This document shows, one piece after another, positions 48,072 to 57,187 of a stretch of DNA of 64,000 nt. Numbering within the stretch: position 1 is the first letter of the stretch; each line of letters opens with the position of its first letter. The notes beneath the pieces are model-generated. The model was not told the origin of the DNA. It made no database searches and was given only the letters and a program-made list of their open reading frames with translations. Position numbers and translations under genes: made by a program. The stretch comes from Desulfomonilia bacterium (GTDB lineage: Bacteria > Desulfobacterota > Desulfomonilia > UBA1062), in assembly GCA_050014195.1 (NCBI GenBank), contig JBEKDT010000011.1, forward strand, positions 115,469 to 179,468, given 5' to 3'.

Positions 48072-50948
48072 CTATCGTCTGTCGAGCTCAGTTCTTACTG
48101 CCCTGGCAAGGTCGCCCAAGGCATACGGCTTACGGATATACCCGCCGACACCCAATTTAAGGGCCTCTCGGACCCTTTCAGTCTCGGAAAAACCACTTAC
48201 GATGATGGCCTTCTGTCGATCACTGACAGCAAGAATCCTTTTATAGGTCTCCAGGCCGTCTATCCCGGAATCCATAATCATATCCAGGATAACGAGATCC
48301 TTTGCATGCTGTTTGACTATTTCAACGGCTTCCTCACCACTCCTTGCTACATCCACCTGATAGCCGAGCTTCTTCAAAAGGTTCTTTGTTATCTCACGCT
48401 GCTCTTCGGCATCATCCACAACAAGGATATGCTCTGTACCGGGATAATCCAGAATCGATCCCTTGGTGATATTTTCTTTGATGATGTGCCTGGTTATCGG
48501 GAAATAGAGATCAAATCTGGTGCCTTTGCCTACTTGGCTTTCGACATCAATATAGCCGTTGTGATCCTTAACCGTTGACCAGACGACGGTCATACCGAGA
48601 CCCGTACCGCTCCTGCCCATGATCTTCTTTGAGAAGAACGGCTCAAAGATACTCCTCATGTCATTTTCAGAAATGCCGACGCCCGTGTCGGCCACTGACA
48701 GGACGACATATTCACCCCGGGAAACCGTATCATATCCCTTGAGCGGTTTTTCAAGATATTTGTTGCAGGTAGACACAATTACGGTTCCGCCCATGTGCAT
48801 GGCCTCGGCAGCATTTGAGACAAGGTTCATCAAAGTCTTGCCGAGGTGCACCTCGGAGCCGAGTATATACTTGAGCTCATCATCAAGCCTGATCTCAAAA
48901 TTGATATGGGGATGATATTCCTTGAGTCGTGAGAGTTCCGGGCTATCGAAGTAGTCTCGCACTATGGCGTTCAAATCGACGGCACTCGAGACACTTACCC
49001 CTCTCCGTGCCAAGGTAAGGAGATCCTGAACAATGGCAGCAGCCTTCTCGCCTGATTTCTTAATGGTTTGAACCGCCTTTCTCATGGGGCTGCCATCAGG
49101 TATCTCCATAAGGAGGAGTTCGGGATAGCTTGTGATCCCGCTCAATATATTATTGAGATCATGGGCAACACCCCCTGCCAGGGCGCCTATGGCCTCCATC
49201 TTCTGAGCTCGAACAAGCTGTTCTTCAAGAGCACTTTTTTCCTCCTCGGCTTGTTTAAGCGCTGTAACGTCATTGCCGACACACAAAACCTCTATAATGT
49301 TTCCATCTTTATCTTTAATTGGCTTACTGCTCCAATTTACCCACACACGCTTGCCGTTTCGAACAATATTCTCTGTTCTACCGGTATGATAGCTTTCAGG
49401 ATTCTCGAGAAATCTTTTCATGGATGTAGTAAGGTCATTCCCATCACTATCTTTTTCAGGGACGATTAACCCCATGATGTTTTTGCCGATAAGCTCTTGT
49501 TCCGAGTATCCATAGAATTCCTGGGAGTATCGATTGACAAATCTGATCCTCCCCTGCGTGTCGATCCGCACGATGATACTGTTCGCGCTCTCTACAAGGT
49601 CTCGATACATCTCATAGGACCGTGCATTATTGATGCTGATGGCAATCTGTGGGGCTATGCCCATAAGGAGATCAAGATCGCTTTGCTTGAGGGATGATGA
49701 TGACTTTTGTCTTTCAACGCAGAGGATCCCGAGGGATTCACCCTCAAAAGTTATGGGGACGCATATGAAAGAACTGCTGTTTGACAGCAAGAGAAATTCT
49801 TTGCTGCGATTCGAAAGGTCATCTACAATCTCACTCACATCATTGACAAGGTAAGGTTTCTGTTCGCGAAAGGCCACGACAAACGGCCCTCTTGATTCAG
49901 GGCGGTCAAGGCGAAATTCATTCTTCCTAAGAAAATCTTCCTGTCCCTGGTTAACCCCGTATCCTGCCTTAAAGACGAGTCGTGATTTATCGTTATTTGC
50001 AAGGAACACCATCCCCCTGTCGTATTCGAGACGGTGCTGAAGAATGTTCATGATAGTGGAGAGCAAGGTATCGATATCAAGGATACTCGATATGGCTTGG
50101 CCGATCTCCTGGATCAATACAGTCTCATTATACCGGATGTTGGACTCAACCATCAAGAGCTCTGCCGTTTGTGCCTGTTCTGCAACTTGCCTCCGGCAAT
50201 CATTCTTCTCATAATACCACCCCATCACCGTTATGGAGATGACAAGAAAGAGGAGAATCGACAACGGGGATATATTGTACGGATAAATCGGTAAGAAGGC
50301 CAAAATCAGGCATGGAAGGAGTGCATAGAGCAGGAGGAGATTCCTCAATCTCCGCATTTTGAGAAAGAAAGGTTCGACCCAAGACACGATATAACGACAT
50401 TCAGCATCACCTCGATGAACACAAGCTGGATGCTCAATATTCGCATATTTTCCGCTGAATGACATAGGCAGTGTCTCGAATTGGCCAATGCGATTCTGGC
50501 ATTGATATGGTTTTTCATTAACTCCGGGTAATGGCTTTACAACTATTTCAATCTTATCATTTGATCTAAGAGAGTTAACAGAGACATTTACTGACCTGGT
50601 AATCTTGCTGCTTATTTTCGGGAGTAGTGAATATGCCGTCGCGACCGATATGAACCCGACTACATATTGTCTGATCGGCCTATAGGCCTTGGAAAATAAG
50701 ATATACCTGCCTGCTTCCCTTGCAGCCTCTGGATTTCTGGTGAGTTTGTCTACGATTTTTTGATAACGATCCACTTGTACCTGGGTGCACCAGTAGCCGT
50801 CATCCTCAAGTTGAGACCTGGTTAGGCCGGTGAATTGGAGAACCTCGTCGATCCTTACATCCGGATGAAATTTCTCCAAATACTCGATGCATGTACGTAA
50901 TATCCGAACATTGTAGAGACGCGGTGAATCTTCCTCTCCATTGCTCAT
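48072..50948 (-). CDS. Hybrid histidine kinase: V4R/H-NOX-like input, TM hairpin, GAF, PAS, HisKA, HATPase, receiver
   Basis: N-terminal ~190 aa ending CQNRIG...EHPACVHRGDAECRYIVSW, two TMs, GAF (SFICVPI...GILCV), PAS, AHDLNN, GTGLGM and VVDD...LDMIM...KP. Confidence 0.9.
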   Translation of the reverse strand: MSNGEEDSPRLYNVRILRTCIEYLEKFHPDVRIDEVLQFTGLTRSQLEDDGYWCTQVQVDRYQKIVDKLTRNPEAAREAGRYILFSKAYRPIRQYVVGFISVATAYSLLPKISSKITRSVNVSVNSLRSNDKIEIVVKPLPGVNEKPYQCQNRIGQFETLPMSFSGKYANIEHPACVHRGDAECRYIVSWVEPFFLKMRRLRNLLLLYALLPCLILAFLPIYPYNISPLSILLFLVISITVMGWYYEKNDCRRQVAEQAQTAELLMVESNIRYNETVLIQEIGQAISSILDIDTLLSTIMNILQHRLEYDRGMVFLANNDKSRLVFKAGYGVNQGQEDFLRKNEFRLDRPESRGPFVVAFREQKPYLVNDVSEIVDDLSNRSKEFLLLSNSSSFICVPITFEGESLGILCVERQKSSSSLKQSDLDLLMGIAPQIAISINNARSYEMYRDLVESANSIIVRIDTQGRIRFVNRYSQEFYGYSEQELIGKNIMGLIVPEKDSDGNDLTTSMKRFLENPESYHTGRTENIVRNGKRVWVNWSSKPIKDKDGNIIEVLCVGNDVTALKQAEEEKSALEEQLVRAQKMEAIGALAGGVAHDLNNILSGITSYPELLLMEIPDGSPMRKAVQTIKKSGEKAAAIVQDLLTLARRGVSVSSAVDLNAIVRDYFDSPELSRLKEYHPHINFEIRLDDELKYILGSEVHLGKTLMNLVSNAAEAMHMGGTVIVSTCNKYLEKPLKGYDTVSRGEYVVLSVADTGVGISENDMRSIFEPFFSKKIMGRSGTGLGMTVVWSTVKDHNGYIDVESQVGKGTRFDLYFPITRHIIKENITKGSILDYPGTEHILVVDDAEEQREITKNLLKKLGYQVDVARSGEEAVEIVKQHAKDLVILDMIMDSGIDGLETYKRILAVSDRQKAIIVSGFSETERVREALKLGVGGYIRKPYALGDLARAVRTELDRR

Positions 50949-51212
50949 GTACTCTGTGCCCCCATCGGAGAATAGATAACTAAGCCTCGTTACTACCTGA
51001 AAACAATAGGTTGGCGATCTATTGCAGCCTCACTAAAATCAAAAATCTCGATATCACTCAAGATCCCATCATCTTCATTCTGTGGTAGCACATTATGATA
51101 TCGTCATATTCAATTGAAATAATAAGGGGCCACTCAGAATCAGGCCTCCACCGGATTCACTAAGGATCTATGCAAAGTTATACGGCTGGCGATGATTGAT
51201 CCTATACCTAAT

Positions 51213-53333
51213 TTATCTCTTCAATATTTTGACAGTCAGAAGTTTTGTGAGATATTTTATCAATCGGAACCGGAGTGTTTGTTTGATATACTCAACATAC
51301 TCATCCCCGTACTTTGTATTCAAGACCCACAGATAATATTCTTTCTCATAGGGTATTTTTCGGGAAATCGAATATTGCACCGGGTAAATAATCAATGGGA
51401 CGTCGTCGGTCTCATAATAGCCCCTAAAATAGGCAACCGCCGTCTGTAAGATCTCCCATGGGAGATCACGATCAAGTATGAATATTTTAATGCTATTGAG
51501 CAATTCTGAAAGATTAATGCCGGCATCCGATTGATCCACAATAAGATATGCAGAACTCTTTTTATTCTGCTTCAAGACATATGGGGTACAACATCGCTTA
51601 AGTCCATTGCGCCTGTACATTTCTTCGAGAGAATATTCATTATGACCTGCTTTCCTATCAAGACCGAAAACATCAACAGCCAAACCACCGGATTCTCTGC
51701 TGTACCACTCTCGAAGCTCATCGATATCATGAGATGTGCACCTGTTGATTGTCCACCCTTCGGGTAGCCTGCCTGTTTTTAAGGGCATGTGGAAAGTCAA
51801 ATAGCTTAAAAGATCCATAGAGCATGCTTTGGGATTTTTAAATTCTCTGCAAAAACCGCCGAAAAAATAATCCGGGAATCGATTATCCGGACGGAAATAC
51901 ATTATCATATAATCCATCCCTATGGACGGAAGCCTGTACATGCCGTCGAAGAAATAATGACTGTGTTTCAAGACATCAAGCCCGATGCGCCTCGCACCGG
52001 TAGATCTCGCCGCCAGGTGATGGATCATCCATGATCTCTGGTAGGCTCTGATGGAGCAATTATGCCCATCGATACGGCCGTTCTTCTGGTAGGTAAAGTT
52101 GTTAAAGATATCCTGACCGTTATGATAGAGCTTCTTATAGGTATCCTTGAACTTTTCTTTAATTGAGCTCAGATGCTCATATTTTCCCGAATATATAAAT
52201 CCGGCATCGAAAAAGAACTCCCATAGGTCGTCCATGCTTATCTCTGCACTCATATTGGCATGGGGATCTACCGCATTGCTTACGATATCAAAGAGTGTGC
52301 TGTAGTCTTTCGCTGTCATATCAATAATCGAGAGACCATGCCGGATATGCTTCCCGAACTTGTTCTGCGAGCTGTATACGATTTGGGCCGAACAATTGAT
52401 CTTAAGCCCTCCGGCATAAAGAATAGTCATGGATGGGATGATCATACCCGACATTAAAAGGGAATTCTCACGATCTTCAATTATGGAGAAACCCGAAGTG
52501 GTAATATCGGTAATTTCGTAAGTGATCCTCTTATTCGTGAATGGGTGCTCGAAAATAACCTTGGGTACAGGGATAAGACTCACCCTGGGGTTTCGGTTCT
52601 TTCTTTCCTTGAACCTTGGATACTGCATGCGGAGAGGTTTCAGAATTATTGACCTGCCTGCATCAACGGATCGAATAAATCGACACGTACCGGAAAAGAT
52701 AAGCATGCCTTTTTTATAAAGCCTGATCAGCACTTCGTCAAAGGGCTTTATCCCCGGTTCTTCATTGAACCCTGCGGTAGTTGAAATATGCAAACCATTT
52801 GGGTTGAAATCCTCTAGAACGCCTTTAATAATGGTATGTTCTTGTTGGATCTCTGCATCTACAAGCTGGCAGTGAATTCTCTTCCCGCTCCGTTTGCTGA
52901 ATTTGAAGCACTTCTCCAGAATCTTGGCCGTAAAAGATGCATTTGTAACATTCATGGGTGTAACTTTTATGAACAGCAGATATTTCCCGTCATCAACAAT
53001 GAGATTTTTCAGTTCATAGTTCTGAAGATCCAACTTGCTATCTTCTGATAACTTGCAAGTGACCATATCCTTTTGACATGGCTCAGGATATACCCTGATG
53101 AAAAATTCCTCATCCGTTACCGGGAAGGTGACATGTGCAAAGATGGAAGATCCGGCGAAATGAAGATAATTGATTATATTGATGCACCGCTTTTGACTGA
53201 TCTTTTTAGAGGAGAACCCAGACCTGTCAAAGCTGCTGCGCTTAAGTGGAATGACTTCCGATGCTGCACTCGGATTCTGCGATTCAATTGCTTGCTCGAC
53301 AAACAATCCATACCTTGAAGTGTCATTATACAT
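51213..53333 (-). CDS. Large tandem-PilZ protein with GNAT/acyltransferase-like C-terminal region
   Basis: KRSGKR...EDFNPNG and RKNRNPR...TDITTSG PilZ-like motif pairs, then LWEFFFDAGFIY...SWMIHHLAA...YFRPDNRFP. Likely ATG at 53333. Confidence 0.75.
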   Translation of the reverse strand: MYNDTSRYGLFVEQAIESQNPSAASEVIPLKRSSFDRSGFSSKKISQKRCINIINYLHFAGSSIFAHVTFPVTDEEFFIRVYPEPCQKDMVTCKLSEDSKLDLQNYELKNLIVDDGKYLLFIKVTPMNVTNASFTAKILEKCFKFSKRSGKRIHCQLVDAEIQQEHTIIKGVLEDFNPNGLHISTTAGFNEEPGIKPFDEVLIRLYKKGMLIFSGTCRFIRSVDAGRSIILKPLRMQYPRFKERKNRNPRVSLIPVPKVIFEHPFTNKRITYEITDITTSGFSIIEDRENSLLMSGMIIPSMTILYAGGLKINCSAQIVYSSQNKFGKHIRHGLSIIDMTAKDYSTLFDIVSNAVDPHANMSAEISMDDLWEFFFDAGFIYSGKYEHLSSIKEKFKDTYKKLYHNGQDIFNNFTYQKNGRIDGHNCSIRAYQRSWMIHHLAARSTGARRIGLDVLKHSHYFFDGMYRLPSIGMDYMIMYFRPDNRFPDYFFGGFCREFKNPKACSMDLLSYLTFHMPLKTGRLPEGWTINRCTSHDIDELREWYSRESGGLAVDVFGLDRKAGHNEYSLEEMYRRNGLKRCCTPYVLKQNKKSSAYLIVDQSDAGINLSELLNSIKIFILDRDLPWEILQTAVAYFRGYYETDDVPLIIYPVQYSISRKIPYEKEYYLWVLNTKYGDEYVEYIKQTLRFRLIKYLTKLLTVKILKR

Positions 53334-53565
53334 ATAGCCCCCATCCCCGCGGCCCTCGGAAGAACAAAATATTACAATTAACATATATTATAACAACATG
53401 CGCCGAATACCTTCAGATGATTCATCCATTCCGTTAAATCTTCACAATCCGGCACACACAATATTAATGCATAGAGATCTTATACCTTATTGTAAGACAA
53501 ATGTACATTCGGACTTATTTATTGTCGGCTCCGAAAGTTCGGGAGGGTGTTAAATAATTATCTTC

Positions 53566-54393
53566 TTAACTGATTCGATACGGTTTCTTCCCCCTGCATA
53601 TCATGAGGGGTGTATAGGTGAATCTCCTCGGGTCGCGGAAAAAGACATTGAAGTCGTTAAAGTATGCGTCATATCCGCCCGGATAGTCTTTAAAGATTTC
53701 TTTTGCCTTGAGGGATGCCATCTGAACCTTCTTGATCCAATTGAAATCATCGCTTAGCCTGAGTTCCCCGTATATGAGGTGGTGAGCTACGAGATTAACC
53801 TCGATATTGCGGAACCCGAGGTCATAAAGATAGGTGTAGAGTTTTCTGCCGACAAACGGATCGAAGTTATACTCTTCCATCATCTTCTTTACGAGCTTCT
53901 GCAGGATTATATCCATCTCAGGCTTCATGGGATAGTGACTCAAGCAGTTGTAATCAAGGTCCAGGAGGCACAGTGTCCCATCCTGCTTTAGACAGTTCGA
54001 TACATTTCTGATGATATCCATAGACTCCTTGAGAAAGTATTCAAGAATAAAACGGATCCAGATGAAATCAAACTGCCCGATGCCGTCGAGCGGCTTCGTG
54101 AAATCCATGAAACGAAATTCGATGCCTTCCTTGCCGCCGTAATGCTGTGCCGCATAATCTATGCGATCCTTGGAAAAATCAATACCCACAAGTTGGCCGC
54201 CCGGCTGGATCACTTCATGGAGTATTGATGCCGTCTTACCGGACCCGCATCCGACATCGAGCACCCTCGCGCCCGGACCTATACCGCACAAAAGGGCCTG
54301 TTGCCTCACTGCATCCGGATCGGTCTTGATATCGAGCCTTTGAGCTTCCTCAGGGTTCTCCATGAGATATCTTTGTGAAATATCCATATTCAC
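53566..54393 (-). CDS. Class I SAM-dependent methyltransferase
   Basis: VLDVGCGSG, GIDFS, FDFIWIRFILEY and LKQDG motifs. Confidence 0.92.
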   Translation of the reverse strand: MNMDISQRYLMENPEEAQRLDIKTDPDAVRQQALLCGIGPGARVLDVGCGSGKTASILHEVIQPGGQLVGIDFSKDRIDYAAQHYGGKEGIEFRFMDFTKPLDGIGQFDFIWIRFILEYFLKESMDIIRNVSNCLKQDGTLCLLDLDYNCLSHYPMKPEMDIILQKLVKKMMEEYNFDPFVGRKLYTYLYDLGFRNIEVNLVAHHLIYGELRLSDDFNWIKKVQMASLKAKEIFKDYPGGYDAYFNDFNVFFRDPRRFTYTPLMICRGKKPYRIS

Positions 54394-54477
54394 GCTCCAC
54401 GTGCAACGCTTTTAGTCAATGAGAGATAAATGCACATGTCAACTTTATAAAACCGGCCAAGGATATTTTTTAGGATA

Positions 54478-54849
54478 TCATTCGGCTTCATGAAACGACA
54501 CCTTCAGTTTCGAGCGTTTCGTGCTCTTTCTCTTTTGCTTGCGGATCCTTTCAATTGTCTTTGCCTTTGCAGATCGAGCTCCATGAAGAAGCGTCTCGAT
54601 CTTATCAGATAGGATCCTCCTGGCAAAGAACCTGTTCATGGCCTGTGTCCGGGCCTTCTGGCATTTCACTTCAACGCCGGTGGGGACATGTCTGAGATAA
54701 ACACAGGTAGACGATTTGTTCACCTTCTGTCCGCCCCGGCCCTGAGAGCGGATGAACTTCTCTTCTATATCCCCTTCTTTTATACCAAGATCCTTCATTC
54801 GTTCTTCAAGCGCATTGAGCTTTTCCGGACTGATGAACGAATCCCCCAT
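54478..54849 (-). CDS. Short GGQ peptidyl-tRNA hydrolase (ArfB/MTRFR-like release-factor homolog)
   Basis: EKFIRSQGRGGQKVNKSSTCV, KCQKARTQAMNR and a basic C-terminal tail; no codon-recognition domain. Confidence 0.85.
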   Translation of the reverse strand: MGDSFISPEKLNALEERMKDLGIKEGDIEEKFIRSQGRGGQKVNKSSTCVYLRHVPTGVEVKCQKARTQAMNRFFARRILSDKIETLLHGARSAKAKTIERIRKQKRKSTKRSKLKVSFHEAE

Positions 54850-54900
54850 ATGTTTACCTATTCAAGTAAAGTATCTTTCCATTAAATCTAATCCATAAGA

Positions 54901-55233
54901 TTAATGGAAATAAACAAGATAGATCACCGAGAAGACGATATAGGCCATGCCGATCAACAGGGCGATTGCCAGCTTGTCGTAAAAGGAAAAGGGACCGAAG
55001 AGCCAATAGTTACAGTGCGGGCACTTCATGAACCATCTGCGCTTGATAAGCCCCCTGCATCGCGGACAGTATATGATCTTTCCGGTTTCTCCTTGTTCCC
55101 TTAAGTCAATGTTTCTCTTCAATTCATTATGAACATTTAGGCGCTCCCCGCATTTGGAACACCGGATATCGATGGGCTGAAAGTCATCCCATACAATTTT
55201 TTTACCGCATGTCGGACACTTGACTATAAACAT
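54901..55233 (-). CDS. Double zinc-ribbon protein with C-terminal TM
   Basis: CPTC, CSKC, CPRC and CPHC motifs followed by a hydrophobic helix. Confidence 0.75.
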   Translation of the reverse strand: MFIVKCPTCGKKIVWDDFQPIDIRCSKCGERLNVHNELKRNIDLREQGETGKIIYCPRCRGLIKRRWFMKCPHCNYWLFGPFSFYDKLAIALLIGMAYIVFSVIYLVYFH

Positions 55234-55267
55234 GAATACGGCTTTCCCCTTTCCTCGTAATCGCTCT

Positions 55268-55840
55268 TCATGAGGAGATCCATCTCCCCCCTTGCTTTAC
55301 TATGAACAAGATCTTTATAACATCCGTTCCACAATTCACATCCATAGTAACATTTCTTCCTGCGGGCTTGAAGAAGATATCAACAGCCGGGTTACCCTGT
55401 ATATGAATCTCTGTGGGAAGGAAGACATCGTTAATGTGCAGTACCCCCCATGTATAGACAACCTTTATTCCCCTTGGCGTCTTTTCTTTATACAGATACC
55501 TCTGAGGGGGCATGTCACCGGCAATCAGTCCCGCAATGCCACTGATCGGGAGCTTTATCATGTCCATTTGCGTTCCCCACATATCTTTTATGACAAGCCT
55601 ATCTGAGAGAATATCAATAGTGTATGACGCCAAGCCGCCTGGAAGGTAGGTTTGAATAATGCCTGCCCATCCGGATGTAAGGTATACGGCCCCGGTCATG
55701 TTCATGTCCTTACCCTGGAAGTCACCTTGCGCAATAAACTCGGCACGAAATGGGTAGATATCCTTTGTGGGCACTTCCAGATGAGCACATCCCTCAAGGA
55801 GCATTATTATACATAATGATAAAAGTATAGCGTGCTTCAT
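55268..55840 (-). CDS. Lipoprotein of unknown function
   Basis: MKHAILLSLCIIMLLEGC lipobox and a beta-rich body. Confidence 0.7.
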   Translation of the reverse strand: MKHAILLSLCIIMLLEGCAHLEVPTKDIYPFRAEFIAQGDFQGKDMNMTGAVYLTSGWAGIIQTYLPGGLASYTIDILSDRLVIKDMWGTQMDMIKLPISGIAGLIAGDMPPQRYLYKEKTPRGIKVVYTWGVLHINDVFLPTEIHIQGNPAVDIFFKPAGRNVTMDVNCGTDVIKILFIVKQGGRWISS

Positions 55841-55888
55841 CTGTGGCTCATATACAAGGTTGGGGCGATAATGGCAAGATAGGCCGTA

Positions 55889-55917
55889 TTGACAAGAGCT
55901 ATGTTCGAATTTATTTT
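55889..55917 (+). promoter_or_regulatory. Sigma-70 promoter placing +1 at the usp ATG
   Basis: TTGACA-N17-TATTTT-N6-ATG, with no Shine-Dalgarno sequence. Confidence 0.6.
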
Positions 55918-55923
55918 TAAGCT

Positions 55924-56379
55924 ATGATCAATAAGATACTCATACCAACCGACTTCAGTGTTCCTTCCAGGCATGCATTCAGTTATGCTGTTGATTTCAA
56001 TAAAATGTTCCGAGCAAGGCTCTATCTTGCGCACGTGTTGCAGGATTTCACTGAATTCTCAGAATATACCCTCAGCCCCACCATCCTGCCCCAGCTTTAT
56101 CTCGAGTTCGAGCAGAATGCCTCCAACAAGCTTGAAGAGATGGTGAGCATCATTCCTACAGAGATGCACTGCGACACCTATATATTGCATGGAATCCCCT
56201 TCTACGAGGTTATCCAGTTCGCCCGTAACGAGCAGATTGATCTTATCGTGGTCGGCTCTCATGGCCGCACAGGCCTTAAGCATGTACTCTTCGGACATAC
56301 GGCGGAAAAGATCGTCAAGAAGGCCCCCTGCCCTGTACTGTCCGTAAGGCATCCGGACACGGAATTCATAATGCCCTGA
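55924..56379 (+). CDS. Universal stress protein
   Basis: KILIPTDFS, DLIVVGSHGRTG and GHTAEKIVKKAPCPVL motifs. Confidence 0.93.
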   Translation: MINKILIPTDFSVPSRHAFSYAVDFNKMFRARLYLAHVLQDFTEFSEYTLSPTILPQLYLEFEQNASNKLEEMVSIIPTEMHCDTYILHGIPFYEVIQFARNEQIDLIVVGSHGRTGLKHVLFGHTAEKIVKKAPCPVLSVRHPDTEFIMP

Positions 56380-56437
56380 CCATTTGAACCTATAAACAGA
56401 CCGTCGGGGTTCGCTGGGCACACCTGAAAAGCCGTAT

Positions 56438-57187
56438 CTATTGTATCGGATTAATAGGACCCTCCAGTAATCCCTCAACGAATTGTCTCACAAGAGGATC
56501 TTTGGTTTTATTGAAGTCATCCGGCGAACCATGAAATGCAATCTTCCCTTCATAAAGTATTGCCAGATGATCTGCCAGCTCGAAGGCCCCATGGATGTCA
56601 TGGCTGATTACGAGGCTCGTGGCTCCGGACTTTCCCTGGACTTCCTTGATGAGTGAATTGATGGCACTGGTCATGACCGGGTCTAACCCTGTGGTGGGCT
56701 CATCAAACAGCAGTACCTTGGGGTTCAGGGCAAGAGCCCGGGCAAGCCCCACACGCTTTCTCATACCCCCGGAAAGTTGCGCAGGCATTTTGCTTTCGAT
56801 ACCTGCGAGGCCTACCTCCCTGAGTAAGGATGCCACTTCTTTTGCGATCTGTTCTTTCGTAAGGTCAGTATGCATGGTAAAAGGGAACCCTACATTCTCT
56901 CCCACACTCATGGAATCGAACAATGCCGAGTCTTGGAAGCATACGCCGAATTTTTTCCGGATCTCGGTAAGCTCCTCATCATTCATGGCAACAATATCCT
57001 TACCTTCAACGAGGATCTGTCCCGAATTGGGCTTCATGAGACCAAGGATGAGCTTCAGCAAAACGCTCTTTCCCGTGCCGGTGGGACCCATGACTACGGT
57101 TATCTTCCCTTCGGGGATAACGAAGTCAAGCTGGTCAAGCACCTTTTGACTCTTGAAGGTCTTTGACAGGGAACGTGCCTCGATCAT
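56438..57187 (-). CDS. MlaF/Ttg2A-like ABC ATPase
   Basis: GPTGTGKS, FQDSALFDSM, LSGGMRKRVGLARA and DEPTTGLDP. The start overlaps the nitrilase stop (ATGA). Confidence 0.88.
   Translation of the reverse strand: MIEARSLSKTFKSQKVLDQLDFVIPEGKITVVMGPTGTGKSVLLKLILGLMKPNSGQILVEGKDIVAMNDEELTEIRKKFGVCFQDSALFDSMSVGENVGFPFTMHTDLTKEQIAKEVASLLREVGLAGIESKMPAQLSGGMRKRVGLARALALNPKVLLFDEPTTGLDPVMTSAINSLIKEVQGKSGATSLVISHDIHGAFELADHLAILYEGKIAFHGSPDDFNKTKDPLVRQFVEGLLEGPINPIQ

Noticed and set aside
51011-51026. TTGGCGATCTATTGCA as a sigma-54 promoter
   Set aside because: The GG-to-GC spacing is 9 rather than 10, and it faces away from the kinase gene.
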